Positions 11,470 through 24,669 of a stretch of 64,000 nucleotides of DNA are shown piece by piece. The DNA is taken from contig JAYWIR010000022.1 in NCBI GenBank assembly GCA_036172245.1, positions 2,418,001 to 2,482,000 on the forward strand. Direction: 5' to 3'. Position numbers and translations under genes: made by a program. Source of the DNA: Raillietiella orientalis. Lineage: Eukaryota. The notes beneath the pieces are model-generated. The model worked only from the letters and a program-made list of their open reading frames with translations. It was not told the origin of the DNA and did not search any database. How positions within the stretch are numbered: the first letter of the stretch is position 1; the number at the start of each line of letters is the position of its first letter.

Positions 11470-14400
11470 CTACAAGCTCCTGATGTACACAATAGCAGCG
11501 CACGCGGCGACCACTTCGGCGGCCACCAGGGAGCCCATGACAGTGCTGCCGATGAATAGCAGCGCATCGGTTTCCATCATCAGAATCGTGTGGCACCCCT
11601 GAAACAGAAACATTGGCCGCGTGGTGAGCGGAGCGGAAGGGGATGGGAGAGGGTACTGAGCCGCGCTCCCCCCACTGCTCCGGGGCTCTCGACAGCTCGT
11701 CCGGGAGGCGCAGGGAGAGGTAGGAACGAAGAGCCGGCTCGCGAGAGGGGATCGGTCCTCCTCCTCCGTCCTCTGCCCACCCCTCCCCGCCGGTCTACCT
11801 TGTTTATGTGCGAGTTCTCCTTGGTGGGATGGCTGAAGCAGCGGCGGTCCTTCAGGACGAGCCGCCCCCCCCTCTTCACCAGCCTGCAGCATGCGACCGG
11901 TATCTTCTGGATCTTCGGCTTGCTGGCTTGCCAGAGCTTCGCCTTCCAGAAGTCCCGGTAGCTGCTCATCCCGCAGCAGCGGAACTGGAATAGGCCCTAG
12001 GTGAACCGCGCCGTTCCTGGCGAGACGGCGACTTGCTTGGGTCATGAGCAGGTTCAGGTTGGAGGAGAACTTGTCGGTCTGGTTGACCGTGTAGTACTTC
12101 TCGATCCGCGCGAGCACCTCCGACTTGAGCTGGTGGCGCACCTGGAAAGGGCGACTGGAGGAGGTGAGAGGGGTAGGCGGCGTGCTACCCCGGCCGCTGT
12201 TGCCTCCCTTGTGGCGCGAGCTCACCCGGCGAGCAGCGTCTGCGGGGTGTGGACGTCCAACCGAAGTGAGAGAGAAAGGGGGGTGAGAGAGGGGAGAGGA
12301 AGAAAGCGTGACCTTCCCCCTCCATCACAGAAAGAGGGGGAGGAGTATATATAGAAAGAGACCTCTCCTGTGAGGGTCAGCGGGGCCGCCGCCTCTCGCG
12401 TGCGCACACCCTCACGGACGCGTGATTGCGCGCGGCGAGGTCGGGTAGGGGAAGGCGAGGAGAGGGAGATCGGGAAGCACGACCTTTCTAGAGGTCAGTC
12501 CTTCCTGCTGACCGAGAGACCAGCGGTAAGAAGTGTCGCTCAGCACACCCCTTGAGCTTATGTGCGGCGTTTCGCGGGCAGAGAGACACAGAGAGGAGTG
12601 ACTGGGGACGGACGAGCTTCACCCCATCTTGCTGCCACTGGGGAGGAGGGGAGACCTCGTTGTTTCCATGTGCCCCTCATCCTGGGGAGCCAGCCGCACC
12701 GCCGCTCAAAGCCGCAGCTTACGCCTCTCGTCGTATCGCACCGCCGCCACCAGCCTCTCTCATCCCAGAACCACTTAGGTTCCTGTGAACTCAAAGCATC
12801 GGTAGGGGGGGGGGAATGGGATGGGGAACGCAGCAGCGAGGAAGGAGACGGCAGGCGACATACCCTAGAGGGAGCGCGCCGCTGCCGCCGCCGCCGTCTC
12901 TTCCACGGTTCCTCAGCTTCCTACGGCTTTCCCCCGCCCTCCTCCTACCCCGAGAGCGCTGAGTTCTTGGAGAGGGCAGCAAGCGCGCGTAGCCCGCAAG
13001 GGCGCAGCTTCCACTCCCACTCTGGAGAACGGCAGTGCCTGCCGCCTCGAGTCGACGGAAGGCCGCTACGCTCGGACCTCGCGTCCTGGGAGAAGGTCCG
13101 TCCCCATCCTCTTCCACCTCCTGTTCTCCACCCCGTCCCTGATGCGCCGCAGACGAGGACGCGAGCGACGAGAGTGGAAGGGAAGTAGGGGAGAGGTAGG
13201 ACGCTGCAGCTGAGGGGGACCTCCAGCCTTACCGGCCCCACGCCAACAGGGGAAGGGATTTCGTGCGTCAGATGGAGCTGCTGCGCGGTTGTTCCATGGG
13301 TAGAAGGAGAGGGAGGAAGGGATGGACAGGGAGAGCGAGGGGTCTCTCTCCTCGGCTGGATACCCAGAGGGCTGTTTTCCTTTTTCCGGGGCTGGACGAG
13401 GCAGGATGGCTCGCCGGGAGCCGACCGAGGAGGTCCCAGGCGCTCCGGCCCCGGGAGCGCGTGTTGTCCGCACACGTTTCCGGCGAAGGGGGAGGACGAG
13501 GTCCAGAAATAGGTCCGCGCGCGATAAAGGTTCGCGTACCCAAGTTGCCGTCGCCGCCTCGCGCCAGCGAGAGGAAGGAACTGAAGTTTCGGGCGCGGAC
13601 CAGCGACCGCCAGCAGGCGGCGGCGTGGAAAGGGAGAGGAAGGGGGGACAGCTCTTCACCTCCCTCCCCCTCCTCGTAGCAGGGACGTCCGCCGGATCGC
13701 AGCTCTCTGGGAAAGGAAGGGGGCGGGGCGGGACGAGGAAGGAAGGCACGGACGGACGAGCCGGTCTGTCCTCGAAGGCGCAGCAGATGAGGTGCGGACG
13801 GATCGAACGGTGGCGCAAGGAGGTGAAGAGAGGGGGGGAGATGAGGGGAGGGGGTAAGGGATAGGAAGGGATCCTTCGGACCCTCTCCCAGGCGCTGGGA
13901 GGATGGGATTGGCGGCCTGGAGAATCAAATTGGCGCTCTCGCGACGCGTGCGGGCCGTGGCTGCCAGCGACGCTAATGAGCAGCATTCACCGCTGGCGTG
14001 GGTCCCCCTCCTCTTCCTTCCTAGTAACGAATGACTGGAAGGAGAATGAGGGGGAGAAAGGAAGGAATCACTCCGTGGGAGGGGAAAAAGGGGAAAAATG
14101 TAAGGGGGAGGAAGCGCAGTGGCCGCGCGTGCCGCACGGGGGCTGCGAGTGGGTTGGCTCGGTCCGCAGCGGCTGCGCGGCATGCGAGCGCGGGAAGGCA
14201 GCAGAGATGAAGGGAGGAGGAGAGGAGGGAGGGAGATTGGAAGGGAAAAAAAAAAAAAAGGGCGCGCCCGGCCCCTAGAAACAATCATCATATCCCTCCG
14301 CTTCCTCGTGCGCGCGTGCATGCGCCACTCTCCCCGAGTTCCTGAAAGGGAGGCGCGCGCGCGCGCGCCACCTTCGGCCAGGCCTCCGGCAGCTCCGGCA

Positions 14401-17400
14401 AGGAACGAGGGCGTGAGGAGTGGGGAGGAGTGGGGAGGGGGGGAGTAAAGGGAAGAAACGTGGTCGCGGGGAGGTTTCCTTCCGAACCGCCGGCCGGAAT
14501 ACTCGGGAACGTTTCGAGAGAGCTCCCCCCCTCCTGCCCTTTCACCTGGCTGGCGTGCGTCGACATCAGCCCCATGAAGGTGAACTCCAGCATCACCGCG
14601 ATGGTCATGAGGATGCTGTACTGGAAAGGAGGGAAGATCCGGGAGGAGGTCACGGAGCGTATCCGCTAGGGAGGGGGGGGGGAAAGAAGCCACAGCTCTT
14701 TACCAGGAACAGCAGCACTTTGTTCTTGGAGAGCGCACCGGTAGCCGCTAGGAGGCCCAGGATCACCAGGAACAACCCAGTAGCCATCGCCACGTTGATG
14801 GCATTCATCCACGGGGCGAGCTTCGACTCAGTCTACGGATGGTCAGAAAAACGGGACTGTAAGCGTCCAGGACGGCGCCATCCCACACCCGCGCGCGGAG
14901 TCGGAATGGCCGGCGCCCGCGGACCTCCGCATTGCCCGCCATTGCCACCCCGTCGACCCGCGTTCTGCCGCTGCCTCCGAAAAAGAGCAGGCGGCAGTAA
15001 GCCAGAAGCGAATGCTCCTCGAGGCGAGCCGCCCGAAGCTTCGCCTTCCCAACTCTTCGCGTTTCTCCCTCCCCCTTCCCGCGGGGGCCTGAGGAAGACG
15101 CACATCCCTCTTGGGAAGGAACTGGAGGAAGAGTTGCAGTGTGATCCCCTCGTGACCGAGTAGGCAGCGCAAAGACAGGAAGCCCCGACAGTGCAGCCAA
15201 CACCCTCCCGTGACGCTCCGGAGGTCCCAACGAGCCCACACCGCTCCCTGGGTCAAGGATCGCCGCCGCGTGGAGTCGAGGAAGAGGCGGTGAGGAGTCA
15301 GGCACGTGCGGATGATCGATGCCAGGAGGATCCCTACTCCAAGTCCCCTCCTCCGCATCCTTGCAGACGCAGGAGCCCTGGGGCTCTCTGCGCCGTCCAT
15401 CGACGCGACACCAGGAAGCAAGTCCCTCTTCGGCAAGTCCCTCTTCTGCCTTGCGGTAAGCGGGTGGGGGAGGGGAGCAGAGGTTCGGCTGCTGCTCTGC
15501 TCTCCTCTCCTTGAAGAGTTGCCGGCTCCCGAGGCGCGAGATCAGGACAGGAAGGACCCAGAGAGAGGAACGCCTCTCGGCGGGCGAGCTACCTTGCACT
15601 CACGCTGCCGTCCCCGCCGGGGGACTCTGAGGCCGGCCAGGAACGTCTGAAGCTCCCCGGCGCGGAAACGAGGCGAAGACGGTGTCTTGGGGCGCTCCCA
15701 CATCGAGGGCAGCAGCGCTGCCGCTCCTCTTCTCGGGAGGCGAGACGCGCCGGGAGCGGCACCTCCCAAAAATGGGGAGAGGAGAGGAGCAGCTGCCCCT
15801 AGCGACGCCAGCTCTCGGGTAAAAAAAAAAAAAAAGTTTCCTTTTTCCCGTCCCGGAGGAGGATGACAGTCCGCAGGCCCTCCTCCGATCCCTCTGCCCC
15901 CTCACCAGGTTTCGCCCCGACCGCAAGGCAGGACTCCTGACGGCGCGGAGCGCCCCAGGGCGCTTGAACCTGCAAGAAGGCGGAGGGAGGGACTTGGCGC
16001 CTCATTTCCTCCCTCTTCGGTAGATGACAGTGGGTCCATGCACGACCCGAGGGGAAGGGGAGAGGAAGGCTTCGTTGCAGTTTCTCTGCTGAAGAAAAAT
16101 CCTCCTCCTCAGAGGGTCACGCCGCCGCACGGAACACGAGCAAGGAAGCCCAGATAGCCTGAAGGCGCATTTCGATGGTCCTTCCGCTTCCCCTTCCCCC
16201 TCTTCGTCCTTCGTACGAATGCACCGCGAGCTGGGGAAGGAGAGAAGGTGGAAGGGAAGCTTCGAAAACCGCCCCACATCCTTCCCTTGGCGGAAGAGCA
16301 AGAAGGCGTCGTCGTGTGGCCTCTCCCTCCTCTTCCCCCTTGTCGGCCTCCAATGGAACACGCGCCGCCCGCCCGCCTCACGACGCCCGCTTGATCGAAC
16401 CTCCTGAAGTGACTCCCCGATGAAGATCCACCCATCGACACTTCTTCCACCGATCTTCGACCTTCAGGGGCGACATGACCTATTCATCTATCCACATAGC
16501 ATGAATAACCTCCACAATAAATACATTTTCCACAATATGAATTACATACTTAGCTATCTATTCCATCAACACGCTTAGATGCATCATACTCCTACAAAAA
16601 AGAGCCCTGCCTCCTTGTCGCTTCACATTTAGGTCCGCCCCCCCCGGTCCCACACGCCAGTGCGACGACGTACCCTCCCGGCAGCGACCGCGGCATCCAG
16701 GAGGGCAAGACCGATCCCTTCGAGGGTGGCTCTTCCCTGACTCCACTTTTGTCGCTGCTGCGCGTGCACCATCGCCAACATTCCATCAACAACCGAACGG
16801 ACCGAGGCACGTGCGCGCGCATCCAGACCGGCAGACTGGAGGAAGGGGTGAGCGAGCAGATGGGAGCACACACAACAAAAAAAAAAAAACTTCACGCACC
16901 GCCTCCTTCCTTTAGAGCCGCAGGGAAGCGCTGGTGTGTTCCTCGAGGGTGGACCTCGGCCCGGATGCCTCTGCTGCTTCGTGCCGCCGCACGACCGCGT
17001 GTCACATGGTGAGCGTCTTAGCAGCCGGGGGAGGAGCGGTCGTCCCGAGGAAGCGGGGATCGGCCGCCCATCGCGCGCGCGAGCGCTCCGGATGCGGCGC
17101 CTGCTCCTCCCCCCTACCTTGATGGCGGACCTCGACTTGGAGATCTCGAGGATCATGCCGTGTTGGGGGTCCAGGGTGAGGTACAGCCAGCCGGCGACCA
17201 GGATCACCCCGCTTGCCTTGAAAGAGAGATGCAGGAGGAGCACTGGAAGGAGGTCAGGCCTCCCCGCCTTCCCCCCAAGGGGTGTGGAGGAATGAAAGGG
17301 GAGGGGAGCTCCTCGGACCGAAACGACAGCGCGCCCACCTCCTCGCCTCGGGGCAGAGTGAGTGCGACGGCGGGCACGCGGTGTTCGTCGCCGCCGCCGC

Positions 17401-20400
17401 CACCCGGAAGCGACCGTCGGGAATCCGTCGGGTGGGAAACGCAGCGGGGGCGGCTCGCGGGGACGACCCCGACCCGCGGCTCACCTGAACGCGCACGACC
17501 TCCTCCTTCGGGCGCGAGCCGGGAGCGGTTGGACGTTCCATCGGCAACAAAAAAAAAACATGGAAAAAGGGGTGGAAAGGGAAAGAGGAAGGAGGGAAAG
17601 GGCATTTTTCCTCCTCCTCCTCCCCTCCTCCTCCGCCCGCCCGTCCGCCCACCCGCTTCCCTCTTCTCCTACCAAGCTGGCGCGCGCCCACGCAGCCAAG
17701 CGAAGGGACGCACCCTCTCGCTCGGCGGCAGCACTTTCGCTCCTTCGCAACCGGAAAAGGAAGGAAGGGGCACTTCCGGCTCACCGTCCGAGGTAGCGTC
17801 GCCTGACTGTCTGTTGCCACCGGGCCGTAGGGCTGGCTCGCATTCGCTCACTCGGCCTTGATCCGCACCATCGTCGCCCCCTGGCAGCGGAGGAACCTCC
17901 CCGCCCTCCTCTCCGCCTCCCAGGAAGGAGCCGAGGATTGCATGCCCGCAAAGGGTCCTCGGAGCTGATGACGCACCCCCCAAGACGCTTCCGAATACAG
18001 TGCATCTCTTCCCCCCTCCACCTCATCCCCGCATCCCTCGCATCGGCAGCTGCTGCACTCCTTCGGTCCGCCTGAGCGATGGTGCCGCACGTCCCACTTG
18101 AGCTCTACCCCTCACATCGCGCGCCAGCACCGCGGCTGCTGCTGCGTGATGACGTCCATCTCTCCGTCTCTTCATCTTCCCTTCCCTCTCTTCCGTCGCC
18201 AGGAAACGCTCTGCCAACCACCGCACTCGTTCCCTTCGCCCCCCCCCCTCCCCCTCCGGACGGCGCAGACTGTTGCCAGGGGCGCGCGCGCTCACTCCAG
18301 AAAGAATGAGAACTGCAGGCAACTCTTTCCTCCCGGCCGTCTCCCGCTTTCCCTATGCATCCCGGCGTGAGATTCCGAAGGGAAGTCAGGGGCAGGAATG
18401 CGCGGGTCAGGAGACCCTCGATATCTCTTCGAGGAATAGGGCAGCGTCCCGCTTCGCCCTGCAGCCACCAGACAGGCAAGGAAGGCGCGGGAGGCCTCTT
18501 CGCCAGCGTTCGCACTCCGGGAGCGCCGAGCGGTGTCAGTCCCGGCCCGTCCATCGTCGTGCCCGTTTATGGTTCGCCGCTTCCGTCCCATCCCGGGGGG
18601 TCCACCAGAGCTGGGCGCTCCTGACGCGCGCGAGTCGAAGAGGATAGGGGGTGCTGGGTTTGTGCTCCTCTAGACTCCTTCTCTCATTCGTCTCCTCCCC
18701 TCCTCCCCCTTCTTCCTCCGTCACGAACGTAGACAGCAATGACACTGGAAGTCTTCCAGAAACGCTCCGCACCCGCCCGCCATGCGGGGGGAGGCGAGGA
18801 AGAAGGAAGGGAAGGGAAATGCCCCACCACCGGTGTGAGCTGCACTCTGAGGGCGGGAACCGTAATGAAGGATTCACCTCGTGGTGTTTCTCCCCATCGC
18901 TTTCCTTGAGTACCCTTCGCGCGCGCGTGTCCTAGGGAGCCGGCACCCTCACGCTTCTCGCTGACCGCTTCCACGGCTTCGGCTCGTTTGACGGCTTCAG
19001 GTCGTCCGGCGGAGGGTACGTGACGGGTTCTTCTCCCTCCCCCTTCAACTCCCTGCCGCTTTCCCCTATCTCCAACGTTCACTCGGGCGTGCGCGCCGAT
19101 CTGCGCTAGAGCTCTCCCGTAGTGACGGGATGCAGGGCGCCTTTCCGGCGCAGCGCGTGCAAGGAGGATGACGAACAGAAGGCGATGGTGCCCTGCCATC
19201 GGTGCACCGGGTCGTCTGCCTTCGCGAGGGGGTCGCACGTATCGATGGGGACTACTAACCCACTGCAGGGCGCCACCGGCGCCACTCCCTGAGGCGACCT
19301 CCGCCGCCACCACGCGACGGACGGCGAGCTTTTGGCGAGGGAAGGGAGAGAAGGGAAGAGGGCGGGGGAAACAACGCCTCTGATCCCTCCGAGTCTCTTC
19401 GAATTTCTCTCCTCCTCGTCTTCTGGGACTCGCAGCACGTGCCGTGTGTCGGGTAAGGGGGAGCACCGCGTCTTCTCGACTCCGAATGATGCTCTCCGTT
19501 GACCCGAAGCGCAGGCAGGAAGGAGTCACACCGCAAGATCCTCTTTCCCCGCTGCCACTGAAGAGGCGGACCCCCTCGCGTGTCCGCGCGGAGCTCAGGA
19601 ACCTGGTCTGCGGTCGGTCGGTGTCAAGAGCGAGGCAGCAGAAAGATCGCCCGTGCAGCGAGCGGCGGCGGCGGCACCCCACGGTCCGCACCCCACGCGC
19701 GAGCTCGCGAGGGATTCCCTAGGAAAGACGTCGAAGACGGCAGCGGTGGGGCGGCACTTCCTCGCAAGAAAGATGCATCTCGAGACGGCTGCCGGGGACG
19801 TTTCGTCCCCCTAGGCGGAGAGGGCAGCGGCGGCGGAAGTGACGGTTTTGCGACACGCGTCGCAGGTGACGCCGCCAGCCCGGCGGCACCCGAGAGAGGG
19901 TTGTTTTCGGGACTGCCGCGCGCGCGTTCGATTCCGGGAGGCAGCCCAAGGGACGACCGCCGCCGCGTGTGCGTCGTGCTGCGTGGAGGCCACGTTCTCC
20001 CCTTCGTATTCGTCGTCGTCCTCGTCTCCAGAGGAACATGCTGGAGACGCATGGTCTCCGCTTCCCGTCCCATTCCGTCCTCTGGAGCTTACCTCTTCGG
20101 GAACTAGAGGAAAAGCGTGTGCCTGCTCCCGAGGCGTGCTGAGGAACGAAGGGTAAAGCCGGTACCTCTCCCTCAGCGGAAAGAGAGGTAATTGCTGGGC
20201 TACCTCAGCGTCAACCACGAACCACGGCCGCCTCGATGTGATGCAAAAGGGCTGTTGCTTGCTCTTTGCTCGGAACGTCGCCATTAATAAGCAACGCAGC
20301 CCAGGCAGCTGTGTTTGGAAGGGGCAGGAGGAACCTCGCTCGATCCGCAAGGAAGACACTGGAACCTGCACGTGCGGAAGAGCCAGGAAGAGGCAAAGAG

Positions 20401-23400
20401 ACGAGGAGGCGAAAGCAACAAGGAACGTCGTGGGGACTTTTTTTTTTCTGTCTCGAAGACTTTCGAGGTCAGAACGAGAGGACGCGTTCGCCACGGGCGA
20501 GAACGGGGGCCTGAGAGAACAACATCGAGGATTTTCTTGAAGCCATGTTCACAAGGTCCAAAAAGACGCTCCCAGCCCGCGAACCTCCTACTCCCCATTT
20601 CCCCTCTGGAAGAAAACGATTGCTCGTTGAGTCCCAAACACACGGTTGGTGGTGAGACGCCAACTACCAACTAGCGCGTACCGATGATGCGGCGGAGCTC
20701 ACCGAAAGCGAAGGCCAGGACAAAGGCAGTCGCGGCAACCTTCCGCCACCGATGTTCCGCCATTCGAAGCGGAGCAAAGAGTAGAGAGGCGTTCGCATCC
20801 CAAAGTGCCTCTCCACAGGTTGACGGAAGCACCCCATCAAGTCGAATGGATCCACTTCCCTAATCCTCCTCCCACCCTCGCGTCCGTCTGTCCTCCAGGC
20901 GCGGAAAGGACAAATCCTCTGAGGAGAACTGCGGGTTGGTTGTTGTCCGGCTGACCCGAGCGGCGCTTCGCCAGCCCGTGCGCAAGGAAACAGTTTCCTG
21001 GTGACTCTGGATGCTCGCGAGCAAGCAAGGAGGGAGAGAAGAGTTCACGGGGGAAGCGGCCGCCCCGCAGAAGCAGCGGGGCCAACCGACCCGGTGCGTG
21101 GCGTACCGACCCGCTGCCCACAGGAAGCTGCGTGAGTTGGCTAAAACAGACTCCCGCTCAAGGCACACTTAAGCGCTGGCTCCCAAGGGCTCGCAGGGAG
21201 AGCAACGGGGCCTTTCCGAGTCCCATCTCTCGAGAGGAGGCGGCCATCGCTGCTGATTAGCGCCCTTATCGTAAAAGTCACAACATCAGCAGTTCCCTGA
21301 TCCAAGATGGAGATGAGCTTCAGGAGCGCAAAAAGTCAAGGGAGCGCGTTTTTCTCAGATCCTCCCCTTTGGCGAAACGGAAAACCTGCTGGGGAGACTC
21401 AGAGAAGAGCAACGCAAGTTCGTGGAGATCGCGAGAAGAGGCAGTAGCGATTCGGATCCGGCGTTGCTGCGCGACGATTTGCATAAACAAGGGACCGGAG
21501 CTGGTCTTTCCTCACGAAGCGGAGTCGGGAACGCCCTGCCGCTGCCCCCGCAACACGGAAGCGGCGAGGATGAGAGTCGGTTCAGAAATTCGCGGGCGGT
21601 TCGGCCGAGAGCCAAGGGACGTCTCTGTGGAAAAGGGAACAGCCCCCCTTCCGTGGTTAACGCCATAACGAACCACGCGGCGTTTAGGCACTCCAGCTCT
21701 CGTGCGCTAAGAGGACGTCCATCACGGAGCTCGCTCGACGAAGGAGTAACTCGAAACTGCAGCAGGCCTCGGCCAGATCAGAAAAAAACAGCTACTGAGG
21801 AGTTTCCCGAGCGACCGCACCCCTGCTCATCCCCTGCGCGTGATCGGAGCTCACTCCGGAAACGAGGGGAAGAGGAGGATCCTGAGGCATGGAGCTGACC
21901 GTCCGTCCGACCAGCTCTTTGCTGCTGATATCCTCATCGTGTGCCATAACATTTATCGGAACGGTTGGTCCTCCACACATTTGCTTTTATCCAGCCAAGT
22001 ACCCCCATATCGTGGCTACTTCAGCGTCGACATGCAGCAACGCATCGAAGCTGAGATATGAAAATGTGGGGCTGATAGTGATCCTGGGGAGGATACGAGC
22101 TGTGTCCGCGAAGTTTGTTGTGAGATAAGGCCGACAATAATTATAAGTATCAAATATCGCTGGAGTAATTGAACAGCATCCGTTCTTTCATTGTTCTGGG
22201 AATGATTCTCAAACGCCCATGGCTGGGACTCCCGTGGACTGGAATGGTGACGCGGGGCGGAGTTGACTGCTGCTTGAAGTGAAACGCCAAAGACGCAGGG
22301 AACGTCAATACCTTTTTTTTTTTTTTTTTTTCCTGCTAGCAAGCGCGTTGCGCAAGGTTCAAAAACGGTTGCTCCCGATGACGAAAACCAGTGTATGTTT
22401 ACCACGCTATCATCATCCTTGCGCGCAGTGTTTCTCAAACCGCTCTGTTCAGGATCCGAAAACGATCGCGTTCTGCATGCGCCGAAGGCATTCCGTATCA
22501 CCCAGGAAATAATTTGCGACACAGCGCACTCCTCACAGGTCGCGTCGGGAGAGAGGGAACCTATCTGCACGCATTCCCAATCTGTTCGTGAAGGCACTCT
22601 TTCGCCTCGCATCGCTTATGAAAACAAGGACGCACTTGGCACGATACGGGGGGGACCAACTGTTCCTGTTTGCGAACTACAAACTCGTACTTGCGATTGG
22701 GATGCAGGAGATGATGAGAAGTACTGATTTCAAAGAGCGTCGTACACGGCGGCGATGTGGACACTCTGTGCACTTGGGCTGCGGAAGGAACCGACGTGGT
22801 CCACCGATCCCCCGTCTCCCGTCTCCGTGAATCATTTTGTGGGTGAGGGGAATCATCGTGTGTCTTTTGACGAACGGATGATGATTCATAAAGGTTACTG
22901 CTCCATTCGGAACTGTGGGCATCCGCAGCCAATTATTTAAGTTGTCTGTGTCGATAATCTGGGGAGGTCATGTAGTTTCGCGGGAAGGTAAACAGACGCA
23001 CCGAAAACAAATGACTCCTGGAACCTGGAGCCCGACATTGGAGGAAAGAAACCCGACTTGCATTTCCGTAATTTCCCCATGTGCTCGTGAGTGCCATCTG
23101 TGAGCAGGAAGCTGAAGTGTTTTCCTAACCGACCCGTGAAAATCGTTTCGAATTTCCGACAGCGACTCCGAGTTTCATCACAACACGAAGAGGGGGGGGG
23201 GGGGGGAGGATGCATGGATGCAACAGGTAAATGAAGGAGCACATCAGGATCAGCAGGTTATAAAACGTGGGGTGCAGCAATCATCTTCGGAGCTCTAGGG
23301 TCGAGGATTCCTCTTTGATTCTCTGCAACAGTGCCAAAGTCTTTTCGTTTTCACCCACAGAATTTAAAAGGACTTTTGGATATCCAAAAATCCTCACGCC

Positions 23401-24669
23401 CGTGCTATTTGAAAAGCTGCGTGCTTTCATCCGTGGAGATGAAGAGCCCGTGCATCTTTCTAGGAAGAATCACGTGGATAGAATAGTTTTCTATTTTGTT
23501 CAGGTTTTCTTTTTCCATACACAGGTTTCTTGATTCTTCTCCAGCCTAGTTCTTAGCGGTAAGAAGTTGGATTTAAAAAAAAGTTTTTAAGAGCACCTGG
23601 TCAATATCAGGGATTTGTGAGCTTGTAAAAAATAAAATAAAAAGGGAATGGAAAGGAAGATTCTCCTTATTGAAGAATCCAAATAGTTGCAGCATCCCTT
23701 CCGAATCTAGGCTTCGATCCGTCATGCTTCAAGTCTTGGAGCATAAAAGATTAGGGCGTATTAAGAGATCCCATCAGAGTATACAACACACGGAATTCGA
23801 AAGGAACCAGGAGCGAAAGATTAAGCAATTAAGATATATTTTGAGCCCAATCAACCCGTACGGACCGTAATCCATCTACTATGCAATTAATATCGTTAAG
23901 AAGGCGTAGCTCTCTTTCATGTTAGTATAAGAAATGTTTTTTTTTTTTTAAAAAAAAAAAGACACTGTCATGTCAAGTTAAATGAACTTAATATTAATAA
24001 CACTTCCTCAAAAGAATAAGTTGGAATTTTTTGTTTTTTTCCAGTCCAGAAAGGTTGAAAACGAGTAGACGTTTCATTAAATCAAAATGAGCACGCAGAA
24101 GATTGACGGGGAATGTGTAAGCCTGAAATCGAAATTTGCGGTGTAAATGGAGCCACTCTTTGATTGGAAGTGACGGGAGGAGGACACAAAATTGAATAGA
24201 AGCACAAACACAGTGAGCGTGCACGGGAAAAAAGAATGACTTTCTGAAAGTGCCAACTAAACTGTTATGAGAGGTGGCCCAAAAAAAAAGACCAACACTT
24301 CAAAAGGAAAAGCCCCCAAACTACCTCCTTCGAAGCAATGGAAAAATAAACGCTAAGCACGCACGCACGCGTCGTAGACCGGATCATTTTCACTTTTTTT
24401 TTTAAAAAAAAAAGAAAAAGAAAAAAAAAGAGGTTTGAGCAAAGACACATTTAAATTGCAAATCACATTCCTGAAAATTCATCTCCGTTCAAGTTCTGGT
24501 ATTCAATTTCAACAGCAGGCAAGTGGGAAACTTTCGACGGAGGCGGAAAAATCAATGCCAGGTGAAGAAGGCACAGGGGCAGACTCCCTCTTGGCAGACT
24601 TACCACGAGAACGCATCCCAGAATCCCGACGAAACACCTCAGGATCATCTTCTTTGCAGAGGAGGCCAT
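11470..24669 (-). CDS. Tetraspanin (TSP-A), 7 coding exons, 262 aa
   Basis: Exons 24669-24604, 17216-17118, 14832-14704, 14620-14546, 12141-12037, 11984-11799, 11598-11470, all phase 0, splicing to one open frame. Four hydrophobic segments; large extracellular loop with CCG, IPVACC, a further Cys and GC before TM4. Intron 5 has a GC donor. An in-frame ATG 21 nt upstream (24690) is an alternative start. Confidence 0.92.
16475..16600 (+). pseudogene. nad2: Mitochondrial insertion (NUMT), NADH dehydrogenase subunit 2 fragment
   Basis: AT-rich, G-poor island in a GC-rich intron. With the invertebrate mitochondrial code it reads MTYSSIHMAWMTSTMNTFSTMWITYLAIYSINTLSCIMLLQK; both in-frame TGAs fall at Trp positions of the ND2 pattern AYSSIxHMGWM...LW..Y..IYS. 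Confidence 0.75.
21958..22682. mobile_element. DNA-transposon/MITE remnants
   Basis: 17-bp inverted pair GGAACGGTTGGTCCTCC (21958-21974) and 22650-22666 (15/17 match); hAT/Charlie-type terminus CAGTGTTTCTCAAAC at 22426-22440 with a degenerate partner near 22668-22682. No TSD seen. Confidence 0.35.

Noticed and set aside
19870..19945. GTTCGATTCC B-box-like motif
   Set aside because: No A box or cloverleaf upstream.
20703..20763. Alternative TSP-A first exon MAEHRWRKVAATAFVLAFAF
   Set aside because: Phase 1 and would need a different acceptor; 24669-24604 matches the paralogue's length and phase and has a GTAAGT donor.
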